This document shows positions 48,043 through 58,119 of a stretch of 64,000 bases of DNA, piece after piece (the stretch's first letter is position 1; each line of letters begins with the position of its first letter). The position numbers were made by a program, and so were the translations under genes. The stretch is from NCBI GenBank assembly GCA_963762255.1, contig CAVXKA010000001.1, positions 1,248,001 to 1,312,000 of the forward strand, written 5' to 3'. The notes beneath the pieces are model-generated. The model searched no databases and was not told the DNA's origin. It saw only the letters and a program-made list of their open reading frames with translations. Source of the stretch: Candidatus Eiseniibacteriota bacterium (GTDB taxonomy: Bacteria > Eisenbacteria > RBG-16-71-46 > JABDJR01).

Positions 48043-48546
48043 ATGAGCCAGGTTTCGTTCGATACCCTTCCCGATGAAGCACGCCTGTGGATCTTCGCCG
48101 CCGATCGAGCGTTGACCGTCGCGGAGCGGGAGACGCTGGTGAGCGCGGTGGAGTCGGGGCTTGCCGCGTGGAACGCTCATGGGAGCCCGGTGCGCTGGGG
48201 GCATCGGCTCGAGCACGACCGGTTCCTCATGATCGGGGTCGATGAGAGCGCAACGTCTCTCAGCGGCTGTTCGATCGACAACGCCACTCGCCGCATCCGC
48301 GACGTGGAGACGTCTATGGGAGTGGCGATGCTCGACAACGGGCGCGTCTTCTACCGGGAGGGCGATGCGATCCTCCGCGCGACGCGCGCCGAGTTCGGTG
48401 CCCTCGCACGAGCCGGCCGAGTGACGGGGGACACGATCGTGTTCAACAACGTGCTGGCCACGGTCGGAGAATTGCGGCAGGGATCCTGGGAAGTGCCGAT
48501 GCAGCGCTCCTGGCACGCGGAGGCGTTCCCACGTGGCGCCCGGTGA
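48043..48546 (+). CDS. Conserved hypothetical protein
   Basis: LPDEARLWIF...WNAHG...VDE....SGCSID...FNN...SWH pattern. Confidence 0.7.
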   Translation: MSQVSFDTLPDEARLWIFAADRALTVAERETLVSAVESGLAAWNAHGSPVRWGHRLEHDRFLMIGVDESATSLSGCSIDNATRRIRDVETSMGVAMLDNGRVFYREGDAILRATRAEFGALARAGRVTGDTIVFNNVLATVGELRQGSWEVPMQRSWHAEAFPRGAR

Positions 48547-49213
48547 CGCCGCGCTCCCTCTCTGGGAGCGCCCCGAGATGGTCGAGCGCTTCGCCGCGCG
48601 CGATCCGGACCATCGTCTCGTGCGTTTGGCCGCGATGTACGCGCTCCCGTCCTACGTGCGCGCCTTGGACCTGGGCTGCGCCGGGGGAAGGAACGCCGTC
48701 TTCCTCGCGCGTCTCGGGTTTCAGGTGACGGCGCTGGATTCCTCGCGGGCCATGGTGGCGGAGACGCGCCGTCGTCTGGCCGAAGTGGTGGGTCCCACCG
48801 AGGCCGCGCACCGCGTGCGGGAGGCGGGCATGGACACGTTGCGGGGCGTCGCCGACGGATCGATCGATCTCTTCGTCGCGCTCGGCATCTTCCATCAGGC
48901 GGAGAGCGAGACGGAGTGGGACCGCGCCCTGGCCGAAGCGCGGCGTGTTTGCGCGCCGGGCGCGTGGATGCTGGTGGCGTGCTTCACCGACGAGAGCGAT
49001 CCCCACGGGACGGGGTTGCTTCCGGTTGCGGGCGAGCCCCACATCTTCGAAGGCATGGAAGCGCGTCGGGTGCATCTCGTGAGCGCCGCCGTGCTCGACC
49101 GCGAGATGGCCGCGCACGGGTTCTTGCCGGTGGCGCCCACCGAGACCGTGCGGGTCCCCGTGGAGGGAGGCGGCCGGCGAGTGACCGCGAACGGGCTCTA
49201 CGTGCGGGCATGA
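48533..49213 (+). CDS. Class I SAM-dependent methyltransferase
   Basis: ALDLGCAGGRNAVFLA, RRVCAPGA. Confidence 0.85.
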   Translation: MAPGDAALPLWERPEMVERFAARDPDHRLVRLAAMYALPSYVRALDLGCAGGRNAVFLARLGFQVTALDSSRAMVAETRRRLAEVVGPTEAAHRVREAGMDTLRGVADGSIDLFVALGIFHQAESETEWDRALAEARRVCAPGAWMLVACFTDESDPHGTGLLPVAGEPHIFEGMEARRVHLVSAAVLDREMAAHGFLPVAPTETVRVPVEGGGRRVTANGLYVRA

Positions 49214-50142
49214 GAGGTTTCACGGTCAGGGCGTGCGCCGCGATGGCGTTGGTGCTCGCGTTGCTGCCGGGCGCGGCGTCGGCGATGACGCCGGCGGCGT
49301 ACGCGCGGGCACTCGATGAGGCCGTACGCCGGGCCGGTTTCGGGGCGAACGGGCTCGAGGTGGGGCTCGATGTCATCGTGGAGGGAGAGGGGCCGCTCGC
49401 GAGTCGGGCCGCCGGCACGCCGCGCCCGGCGGCGAGCGCGATCAAGACCGCCATTGCTCTGGTACTGCTGGCGGATCGCGCGACCGTGTTGAGCGAGAAG
49501 CCCGCCGGCGTGGAGTCGATGCTGCGCGCGGGGGCGCACCCGGCGTTTCGAGGCTTCAACGCCGACGAACTCCGTGACGCCCGGGTCGAACTCGCGAACA
49601 AGAGTCATCTCGATCTCGCCCGCGTGATGATGGGGCGCACCGGCGCTCCCAATGACGTCTACAACGCGGCGTGCAACATCCTGATGATCAAGCTGGGAGG
49701 GCCGCGCGCCATCGAGGCGCGCCTTCACGCGCTCGACCCCGCGTTTCGAGGGTTCCGCATCGACCACTACATGCTCACCTGGGATGGCGAGGGCGACAAC
49801 CAAGCCACCCCACGCTCTCTGGTCGCACTCTATCGTGCCATCGCACGCGGGGAGGTGCCGGGGCTGGACGACGAGCGCGTGGGGTTGCTGCGCGACCTCG
49901 TGCGCGAGAGCGGCGACGGAAGCCCCGGCAGCGTCTATGAGAAGCCGGGCACGCTCTTCCCGCGGCCTATGGCCCGCGTTCATGCCGGGTACGTGGAACG
50001 GGGGACGCGCGACCTCGTCTTTGCGGTGATGGGAGAGGCCATGGAGACGCCGGACGAACCGGCCGCCGACACCTTTGTCCGGCTCATGGCCGCGGTGGAT
50101 TCCGTGGCGGCGGCTTGCCGGCGGATCGCGGCAGCACAATGA
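49210..50142 (+). CDS. Secreted serine hydrolase, class A beta-lactamase-like fold
   Basis: Signal peptide; PAASAIK (SxxK), NAACNILM..LGG, DNQATP, EKPGT (KxG). Confidence 0.75.
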   Translation: MRGFTVRACAAMALVLALLPGAASAMTPAAYARALDEAVRRAGFGANGLEVGLDVIVEGEGPLASRAAGTPRPAASAIKTAIALVLLADRATVLSEKPAGVESMLRAGAHPAFRGFNADELRDARVELANKSHLDLARVMMGRTGAPNDVYNAACNILMIKLGGPRAIEARLHALDPAFRGFRIDHYMLTWDGEGDNQATPRSLVALYRAIARGEVPGLDDERVGLLRDLVRESGDGSPGSVYEKPGTLFPRPMARVHAGYVERGTRDLVFAVMGEAMETPDEPAADTFVRLMAAVDSVAAACRRIAAAQ

Positions 50143-50163
50143 ACCTGTTATTCTGAGCCTCCT

Positions 50164-51258
50164 ATGAACACCTTCGGACATCTCTTTCGCGTCACGACTT
50201 TCGGCGAGTCGCACGGCGGCGGGGTCGGTTGCGTCATCGACGGATGCCCGCCGTCGTTGGCGCTCTCCACCGAGGACATCCAGGCCGATCTCGATCGACG
50301 CCGTCCGGGGACGAGCCGTCTGGTGAGCGCGCGCGGCGAAACCGACGCGGTGGAGATTCTCTCCGGCCTGTTCGAAGGGAAGACCCTCGGCACGCCGATC
50401 GCGCTATTGGTGCGAAACGAAGACGCACGCCCCCACGATTACGAGACATGGAAAGACGTCTACCGTCCGTCGCACGCGGACTTTGTATACGACGCCAAGT
50501 ACGGGCATCGCGACTGGCGGGGAGGCGGGCGCACGAGCGCGCGCGAGACGGTCGGCCGCGTGGCCGCGGGCGCGGTGGCCCGCGCGCTTCTGCGCGCGGA
50601 GTGCGGTGTGGAGATCGTGGCCTACGTAACGCGCGTACACACCGTGGAGGCGGGCGTTGTGGATTCCGCCGGCGTGACCCGGGAGTCGGTGGATGCGACC
50701 CCGGTGCGTTGCCCGGACGCCGCGGCGGCGGAGCGGATGATCGCCGCGATCGATGCGGCGCGGGCGGAAGGGGATTCTCTCGGCGGCATCGTGGAATGCG
50801 TGGCTCGCGGTGTGCCCGCCGGATGGGGAGAGCCGGTTTTCGGAAAGCTCGAGGCCGAGTTGGCCGCGGCGATGCTGTCGCTGCCGGCGGCGAAAGGGTT
50901 CGAGAGCGGTGACGGGTTCCGGGGCGCCACCCTCAAAGGGAGCGAGCACAACGACCCGTTCGTGGTGCGCGACGGGCGCGTGCGCACGGTGTCGAACCAC
51001 TCGGGGGGAATCCAGGGCGGGATCACGAACGGTGAGGACGTGATCCTGCGCGTCGCGTTCAAGCCCACATCGACCATCCGCAAGGCACAGCAAACCGTGA
51101 CGCGCGATCTGCGCGAGACGACGCTGGAGGCGAGGGGGCGCCATGATCCCTGCGTGGTGCCGCGCGCGGTGCCGATCGTGGAGGCGATGACCGCACTCGT
51201 GCTCGCGGATCACTACCTGCGTCATCGCGGGCAAACGGGACGAGGGGGCGCGGCTTAG
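50164..51258 (+). CDS. aroC: Chorismate synthase
   Basis: [42 protein letters not shown]. Confidence 0.97.
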   Translation: MNTFGHLFRVTTFGESHGGGVGCVIDGCPPSLALSTEDIQADLDRRRPGTSRLVSARGETDAVEILSGLFEGKTLGTPIALLVRNEDARPHDYETWKDVYRPSHADFVYDAKYGHRDWRGGGRTSARETVGRVAAGAVARALLRAECGVEIVAYVTRVHTVEAGVVDSAGVTRESVDATPVRCPDAAAAERMIAAIDAARAEGDSLGGIVECVARGVPAGWGEPVFGKLEAELAAAMLSLPAAKGFESGDGFRGATLKGSEHNDPFVVRDGRVRTVSNHSGGIQGGITNGEDVILRVAFKPTSTIRKAQQTVTRDLRETTLEARGRHDPCVVPRAVPIVEAMTALVLADHYLRHRGQTGRGGAA

Positions 51259-51271
51259 GGTTTCGCGTCGT

Positions 51272-52138
51272 TCAGGTCGCCAGCATCAATCGCAGCATCG
51301 AATGGCGCCGAAACCCCACGTTCTCGTAGGCGCGGAGCGCGGGGGTGTTCGCCGCGTTCACATGGAGCGCCATCATTTGCAGCCCCTCGCCGAATAAGCG
51401 CCGCGCCCAACTGGCGATGCCACGCGCGGCATAGCCGCGACCGCGATGCATCGGGTCGGTGAACACGCCGCCGACCAGGATGCCGTCCTCGGCGCAGCCC
51501 GACTCTTCGGTCTTGAACACCAGGCGCCCGCTCTCGGTGATCACCCAGATCTTGCGTTGCGCGATGCGTTGGCGGGAGAGCTGGCGCAGTCGCTCCATGT
51601 CGAGCCGCGCGCGAGGAATGAGAAGATCCTCCTCGGTCATGGCTGCATGGGCCATCGCCACCGCGTCCAGATCGCCGGTTTGCGCGGGGCGGACATCGAT
51701 TTCCTCGAGCGGCGCGAGCCACTCCGGCAGCAACACGTAGTACGCCTGATCGCGGTCCAGGAAGGGGGATGCGCCGGTCTTGGCGAACGCTCCGCGAACG
51801 AGACCGGCGTGCTCGGCGGGGCCCACGAAGAGACGGGGGCTGCCCGGGTTCTGCAGCCCGCGCTGCAGCGCCGGCCCGACGTGCTCGGGGCTCCCCCACG
51901 AGGTCAGATTGCGCGCGTTGCCCATGAAGACCACCGCCGCGATCTCCCCCCCGCACCGGGTACCGATGAAGCGGCCGTGCCCCATGTGCGCGGTCGGCGA
52001 GATGCCGAACTCGTGGATGAGGCCCCGCAGATAGAGCGTCGCGGCGTGATCCTGCTCGAGAAGTGCGGTCAGCGCCGGGCGATCCTCCTCCACAAGAAGG
52101 CTGACATGGGGCCCGTGCGTGGGTGACACTCCTGTCAT
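51272..52138 (-). CDS. GNAT family acetyltransferase
   Basis: GGVFTDPMHRGRGYA, LHVNAANTPALRAYENVGF. Start uncertain. Confidence 0.85.
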   Translation of the reverse strand: MTGVSPTHGPHVSLLVEEDRPALTALLEQDHAATLYLRGLIHEFGISPTAHMGHGRFIGTRCGGEIAAVVFMGNARNLTSWGSPEHVGPALQRGLQNPGSPRLFVGPAEHAGLVRGAFAKTGASPFLDRDQAYYVLLPEWLAPLEEIDVRPAQTGDLDAVAMAHAAMTEEDLLIPRARLDMERLRQLSRQRIAQRKIWVITESGRLVFKTEESGCAEDGILVGGVFTDPMHRGRGYAARGIASWARRLFGEGLQMMALHVNAANTPALRAYENVGFRRHSMLRLMLAT

Positions 52139-53411
52139 GAAGATCCTCCCTATCGACCCCGAGCATATCAGGGGTCCGCGCGCTTCGGAATTCCCGCTGT
52201 CACTTCGGACGCTCGCCACGCCCGCGCTTCTGGTCGACTCGGCGCGGCTGGAGCATAACCTCGCCGCGATGCAGCGCCTGGCGGAGGAATGCGGTGTTCG
52301 ACTGCGCCCGCACGCCAAGAGCCACAAGTCGCTCACGGTGGGTCGGCGGCAACTCGAGCATGGGGCCGCGGGTCTTTGTGTCGCCAAGATCGGCGAGGCG
52401 GCGGTTTTCGCCGACGCCGGCTTCGAGGATCTGCTGCTGGCATATCCCACTGTGGGCTGGCGCGCCGAGGCCGTGGCGGAACTCGCCGAGCGTCACCCGC
52501 GTTTGCGGCTTGCAGTGGCGATCGACTCGGCCGACGGCGTGAGGGACCTGGCGCGAGCGGTGGCGGAGCACGGCGTCACCCTCACGGTGTGGATCAAGAT
52601 CGACAGCGGGCTCCATCGCGCCGGGCTTGCGCCTGAGGATCCTTCGCTCATCGACATGGCGAGGCTGGTGCACCTGAACTCGGGTCTCCGGCTGCGCGGA
52701 CTTCTCACCCACGGCGGACAGGTGTATCGCGCACAGCCGAGCGATGTGGCGGCGATCGGTCGCATGGAAGGCGAGTCGATGGTGCGCGCGGCGGAGCGGT
52801 TGGCCGAAGCGGGCTTGGGCCCGGTTGAGGTCGGGCTGGGCGCGACGCCGTCGATCGCTTGGGCAGCGCGAGTGCCCGGCGTGCACGAGATCCATCCCGG
52901 CGTGTACGTGTTCGGGGATCGTCAGCAAGTAGCCTTGGGGGGGACGCGCGCGTCCGACGTTTCTTTGAGCGTGTTGGCAACGGTTGTCAGCCGCCCGGCG
53001 CCGGGACGATGGATTGTGGACGCGGGGTCGAAGACGCTGTCGAGCGATCGCGGTGCGCACGGGAGCGAGTTGATCCGTGGTTTCGGAGCGGTGCAGCGAG
53101 TGGAAGAGCACGCGGGGGCTGTTTCAGCGGGTGAGGGGGATGCATGGGGTGCGGGCGATGGTGCGCGTGCCGAGACCGCGGCGTGGGCGCGGACGGATGC
53201 CCCGGTGCTGGCGCGCTTGTCGGAGGAGCACGGCGTCATCGAGGACGACCGCGACTGGGGTTGGGCGCCTGGAGATCTCGTGGAGATCATTCCCAATCAC
53301 GCGTGCCCGGTGGTGAACCTCGCCGAGTACCTATACGTGACGGAGGGTGCGGGCGCAGAACGACAGGTGGTTGCGATGTGGCCGGTGGAGGCGCGGGGGA
53401 GGGTGCAGTGA
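52137..53411 (+). CDS. Fold-type III PLP enzyme (D-serine dehydratase / D-threonine aldolase-like)
   Basis: TPALLVD, LRPHAKSHK (PLP Lys), IDSGLHRAG, EIHPGVYVFGD, DAGSKTLSSD, LSEEHG, IPNHACPVVN. Confidence 0.9.
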   Translation: MKILPIDPEHIRGPRASEFPLSLRTLATPALLVDSARLEHNLAAMQRLAEECGVRLRPHAKSHKSLTVGRRQLEHGAAGLCVAKIGEAAVFADAGFEDLLLAYPTVGWRAEAVAELAERHPRLRLAVAIDSADGVRDLARAVAEHGVTLTVWIKIDSGLHRAGLAPEDPSLIDMARLVHLNSGLRLRGLLTHGGQVYRAQPSDVAAIGRMEGESMVRAAERLAEAGLGPVEVGLGATPSIAWAARVPGVHEIHPGVYVFGDRQQVALGGTRASDVSLSVLATVVSRPAPGRWIVDAGSKTLSSDRGAHGSELIRGFGAVQRVEEHAGAVSAGEGDAWGAGDGARAETAAWARTDAPVLARLSEEHGVIEDDRDWGWAPGDLVEIIPNHACPVVNLAEYLYVTEGAGAERQVVAMWPVEARGRVQ

Positions 53412-53468
53412 AGGGGCGGCGCTCGCGAACCCGCACTCAATTTTGTTGACGGTTCGTGCAGTTTTTTG

Positions 53469-53505
53469 TTGACCTATCCGCATGAATCACTATACTGGTG
53501 TTTAG
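53469..53505 (+). promoter_or_regulatory. Sigma70-like promoter with candidate SOS/LexA box 3
   Basis: TTGACC(53469)-16 nt-TATACT(53491). CTATACTGGTGTTTAG at 53490-53505. Confidence 0.7.
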
Positions 53506-53543
53506 CTGACCTCCCGTCCTTCCCCCGTCCACGGAGGGACGAC

Positions 53544-54659
53544 ATGCCTGCCTATCGACCGAAGCAGTCCGCGCGCGAGGTGGATGCGGAGCTTCGCCGC
53601 TCACTCTCTGAGCTGGAGACCGCCCAGCGCAACGCTGTGCTCTGGTTTGCGGATGTCCTGAAACGTCGGCTCTATGAGGAGCTGGGCTGTTCCTCGATCC
53701 ACCAGTACGCCGCAGAGCGGCTCGGGTTCTCGCCCGCGCGCACGTCGCAGTTCCTGGAGTTGGCGCGGGCTCTGGAGTCGTTGCCCGCGCTGCGGCGCTC
53801 GCTCGCACGCGGTGAGGTGGCGTGGACCAAGGCGCGGACGGTGGTGAAGGTGGCCACTCCCAAGACGGATGCGTTCTGGGCGGAGCAGGCACGCACGACC
53901 ACCCGGCGCGAGCTGGAGCACAGGGTCGCGGTGGTCCGGGCGCGCGCGAAGGAACGTGCGGGTGGCACGGAGTCAGCGGGCGAGTTGTTCGGGGGCGAGG
54001 ACTCGGCCGTTGCCGTGATGGCGACGGAAGTCCCGGTAGACGTTCGGCTCCGCTTCACGCCGGAGCAGTACGCCCGGTACGAGGCGCTCATGGAGGCGGC
54101 GACCATGGGCGGTCGCACGCAATCCCGCGAGGAAACGCTGCTCGCGGCTCTGGAGTCGCTCGCTGCGGGTGGCGGCGATTTCACCCGGGTAAAATCCGCG
54201 AGCGCATCCGAGCCCGAACCCGGCCCCGCATCGTCGACCCGACCCGCGGCGTCACCCGCTCCGGCGACCGCCCCACGCTATCACGTCACCGTCCACCAGT
54301 GCCCGGACTGCGGCAAAGCAGAGGTCGTCACCAACGGCGGCAACCGACCCGTGGCGTTGCCGGAGCTTCAGGCCATCCTCTGCGACGCCAGGATCCAGCG
54401 ACCGGGGGAGAGGAACACCGCAACCATTCCCCCGGCGCGAAGACGGGAGGTGCTCGCGCGTGACGGCCACCGCTGCCGCGGGCGCGGATGCGGAGGAACG
54501 CGGTTCCTCGACGTGCACCACGTCGTGCCCCGCGACCACGGTGGAACCAACGATCCGGAGAACCTAATCACCCTTTGCGCGCCGTGCCATCGGTTGATTC
54601 ACCGAGGGAAGGCGATCGATCTGCGGGCCGTAAAGGCGGAAGATCGGGGGCGCGGCTGA
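53544..54659 (+). CDS. DUF222-like HNH endonuclease
   Basis: RLYEELGCSSIHQYA..RLG, LPALRRSLARGEV.WTKAR; C-terminal RDGHRC...C..TRFLDVHHV...GGTND.ENLITLCAPCH. RBS GGAGG. Confidence 0.88.
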   Translation: MPAYRPKQSAREVDAELRRSLSELETAQRNAVLWFADVLKRRLYEELGCSSIHQYAAERLGFSPARTSQFLELARALESLPALRRSLARGEVAWTKARTVVKVATPKTDAFWAEQARTTTRRELEHRVAVVRARAKERAGGTESAGELFGGEDSAVAVMATEVPVDVRLRFTPEQYARYEALMEAATMGGRTQSREETLLAALESLAAGGGDFTRVKSASASEPEPGPASSTRPAASPAPATAPRYHVTVHQCPDCGKAEVVTNGGNRPVALPELQAILCDARIQRPGERNTATIPPARRREVLARDGHRCRGRGCGGTRFLDVHHVVPRDHGGTNDPENLITLCAPCHRLIHRGKAIDLRAVKAEDRGRG

Positions 54660-54725
54660 CGGCCGGGCGGACTGACAGGCGGCCGGGAGAGATTCGACGC
54701 GCGCGCGACGCCAGCAAAACCGCCC

Positions 54726-55662
54726 CTACGTCTCCGGCGGCGCCTCAGCAACAGGCGGCGCGGGCTCCGGCGACGGCTGCGGCGGCGCGGCGCGACGCAC
54801 CCTCGCCAGCGGCGCGCTCCCCAGGGATTCGATCTCTTCGCCGCCATCGATCACGTAGTGCGCGAGCGCCTCGCGGCCGCGAATCTCCAGATAGCCGAGG
54901 TTGCCCCCATACTGGTCGGCGATTCCAATGTCGATGTTGATGCGCACGTCCGTCCGACGTCCGCCGGAACCGCGCGCCCTGATAGCCCTCCGGCGTGTGG
55001 CCGAGCACCTGGTGAATACGCGGGGCGCGGGCCGGGGCGAGCATCTCCACGTCGAAGTCGGACCAGAAGATGCCGCCGGTCGCATGATCTCCGCCTCGAG
55101 CCTCGCCCACCTTGAAGATCGGGTCCGAGAAGTCCCCGCTCTCCACCGCCCGCTTCAACGAAGCGTTGAGGTGCGCGGCCAGGCGCGTGATGCTGAAGCG
55201 CGATCGCGCTTCACCGGTCTGCATCGCCGCACGCAGGCTCTGGAGCAAGTCGTAGTGAACGCCGGCGTGGGTGAAGAGCCACCCCGCGTGGGCGAAGGCT
55301 GCCTGCACGCGTCCCGCGATGACGTCGGCGCGGATGCGCTCGGCGAGCTTCTCCGGTTCCGGAAAGTCCGCGAGCTGGAAATACCCCTCAAGGAGAGCGA
55401 CCTCGTGGTTACCCAGGAGCCGCACCACACGCCCCTTGCCCTTTCGCGCGCGCGACTGGAGATCGGTCAGAAACTCGTAGGTGGCGATCGAATCGGGGCC
55501 GCGGTCGATGACGTCGCCGAGCTGCACGAGGATCGCGCGGCCGCCTCGCCACGAGTCGCCCTCGATGAGTCCCGCGTGAGAGAGGATGGCGCGGAACGCA
55601 TCGAGGCTTCCGTGCAAGTCGCCGAGGATCACGGTGCGAAGCGGATCGCGACGGGGGGCCAT
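54726..55662 (-). CDS. Metallophosphoesterase (Shewanella-like phosphatase type; frameshift near 54950)
   Basis: GDLHG, LGDVIDRG, LGNHE, FTHAG, VLGHTP. C-terminus (INIDIGI) is in the alternative frame 54726-55085. Confidence 0.8.
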
Positions 55663-55872
55663 CGCGGACAGCATGACCGCGGATTCGCGAATCGGCAACC
55701 GGAAAGCGCGACGGTGGGTGAAACGCAGGGTTCATGATCCGCGCGGTGGGCTTGGGGGTCGGACCCGCTTGCACTACAATCGGCGCGCAGGGATCGAGCA
55801 CGGCATGGCATCGCACGCGCGAGCCGGGCGCGCCGCACGGTGTGGTGTGCGGAGCGTATCGGCGGAGGAAAC

Positions 55873-56229
55873 ATGGACGACAGGGTGTTCGAGCGCATCG
55901 TGCGACAAGCGGTGGATGGCCTTCCGGCGAAGTTCAAGGACGCGCTCGAGAACATCGACATCGTTATCGAGGACTTCCCGGACCCCGACGAGATGGACGA
56001 CATGGGGATCGACGAACCGCTCCTCGGTCTCTACCAGGGCACGCCGCTCCGGAGCGCGGACTCGGCGAGACCGATCTCCCCGACAAGATCTCGCTCTACA
56101 GAGGGCGAGTTCGAGCGCATGGGGATCCGCGGCAAGGAGCTGATCGAAGAGATTCGCATCACGGTGCTGCACGAGATCGGCCACTACTTCGGGCTCGAGG
56201 ACGACGAGATGGAGAGGATGGGGTACTGA
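55873..56229 (+). CDS. Zincin-like metallopeptidase (DUF1025-type)
   Basis: LLGLYQGTP and ITVLHEIGHYFG. The expected LPDKISLYR lies in another frame (compensating indels at ~56060-56105). Confidence 0.82.
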   Translation: MDDRVFERIVRQAVDGLPAKFKDALENIDIVIEDFPDPDEMDDMGIDEPLLGLYQGTPLRSADSARPISPTRSRSTEGEFERMGIRGKELIEEIRITVLHEIGHYFGLEDDEMERMGY

Positions 56230-56287
56230 TGGCACACGCCGACGAACCCGCGCCCGCCGCCCCGCGCCCGTCCCCGCGCCCGGCATC

Positions 56288-57128
56288 GTGCGCCTGGCCG
56301 CGGTGCAGATGGAGCCACGGATCGGGGAAACCGCGCGCAATGTCGATGCCTGCATCGACTGGATGACGCGCGCCGCGGGTGAAGGCGCGCGCCTCGTCGC
56401 GTTCCCCGAATGCACGCTCACCGGGTATTGTTTTCGCGATCGGGACGAAGCGTGGGAGGCCGCACTGGAGCGCGACGGGGAGGCGCTGCGACGCCTGACC
56501 CAGGCCGCCGCCGACTCTCGACGTGCACGTGGCAGTGGGATATCTCGAACGCGTCGGCGGGCGCATCGCCAACTCCGCGTCCATCGTCGGACCGACCGGT
56601 CTCGTCGCGCACTATCGCAAGACGCACCTGCCGTACCTTGGCGTGGACCGCTGGGTCGATCCCGGCTGCGAACCCTTCACCGTGCATGAAGCGGCGGGAC
56701 TGCGCGTGGGGCTCCTCATCTGCTACGACGCTTCGTTTCCGGAGGCGACTCGTGCGCTCGCGCTGAACGGCGCCGACCTCGTGCTCCTTCCCACGAACTG
56801 GCCCGAAGAAGCGGTGGCCAAGGCGGACTGGCTCCCCAACACCCGCGCGTACGAGAACGTCATCTACTTCGCGGCGGTGAATCGTGTGGGCATCGAGCGC
56901 GGGTACGCGTTCCACGGCAAGAGCCGCGTGTGCGGGCCGACCGGCGAGACGCTGGCGCAGGGTCCCGCGGACACCGAGGCGATGCTCCTCGCCGACATCG
57001 ACCCCGTGCGCGCGCGCACGAAGAAGATCGTGCGAAGGGAAGGGGAGTACTGGGTGGATCGCATCGGGCAGCGCCGCGAGGATCTCTACCGGATGAGCGC
57101 GCCGGCCCCGGAGGAGCCCGGGTCATGA
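56288..57128 (+). CDS. Carbon-nitrogen hydrolase (nitrilase family; frameshift near 56520)
   Basis: E-K-C triad: AFPECTLTGY, YRKTHLP, LICYDASFPE; RAYEN. Confidence 0.88.
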
Positions 57129-57156
57129 CCGCGCCGGCCTACGGGGGCCCTCAGCC

Positions 57157-58119
57157 TTGACCGGATCCGCTCGCGGCTACGCGCTGGCCGTGCTGTGCGC
57201 GATGGTCACCGGCGTCGCCTTCATCGCCGCCAAGCCGGTTCTCGGCTATCTCGATCCGCTCTCGTTCAGCATCAGCCAGTTCGGGCTCGCGTCGGTCGTT
57301 CTCGTTCGCGTGGCTCGCTGGCGCATCGAAACGTGCGCGATCTCCGCCGGGTGACTCCGGGGCAGTGGACGTTTCTCGTCGTCGTGTCGCTCCTCTTCCT
57401 GGGCGCGGTCTACACGACGTGGATCGCTATCTCGCTCATCCCCGTCACCTCGGCAAGTCTCCTCAGCCGCCTGGAAGTCCTGTTCACGGTCTTCCTGGGC
57501 ATGGCGTTTCTCGGCGATCGCTTCACCCGCCGCGAATCTCTGGGAGCGATCGTCATGCTCCTGGGTGTCGTGGTGATCCGCTATCAGGCGCCGCCGTCTT
57601 TCTCCGCCGGGTTCTGGATGATCGTGCTTGCGAGCGCTCTCTTCGGCGTCACCGAGGTGCTGGTCAAGACCCGTGTGCATGCCATTCCTCCCGACGTTCT
57701 TCACCTTCGCCCGCAACGGACTCGTCTTCGTGTTCTTCGCGCTGGGAGCGCTATGGCGAGTAGCCATGCGCGAACATGCAGGGTGGAGCGGGTTCGCCGA
57801 CTGGGAGGGCATCCGGCGCGGCTTCCCTCTCATCGTGATCGCGGCGCTGGTGGGGCCCTTTCTTGCCCGGACCCTCTATATGTATTCGCTGCGCCATCTC
57901 GCGGTGTCGCGAGCCGCGCTCATCGGTCAATCACAACCCCTCTTCGTCGCGATCTACTCTTCCATCCTGTTGCACGTGCTGCCCACCCGGCGCGAGTGGA
58001 TGGGAGGGCTGCTCATCCTGGGTGGCGCGCTCCTTCTCGTGCGGTGGCGTCGCGGTCTATCCTGGTGGCGGACCCTGCGAGGCCAAGGCGAGGGCGAGCC
58101 GGGCGAGGTGCTTTCATGA
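57157..58119 (+). CDS. EamA/DMT transporter (two frameshifts)
   Basis: Segments in ORFs 57157, 57195 and 57628 form one multi-TM EamA protein (ASLLSRLEVLFT, QSQPLFVA, GGLLILGG). Confidence 0.75.
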
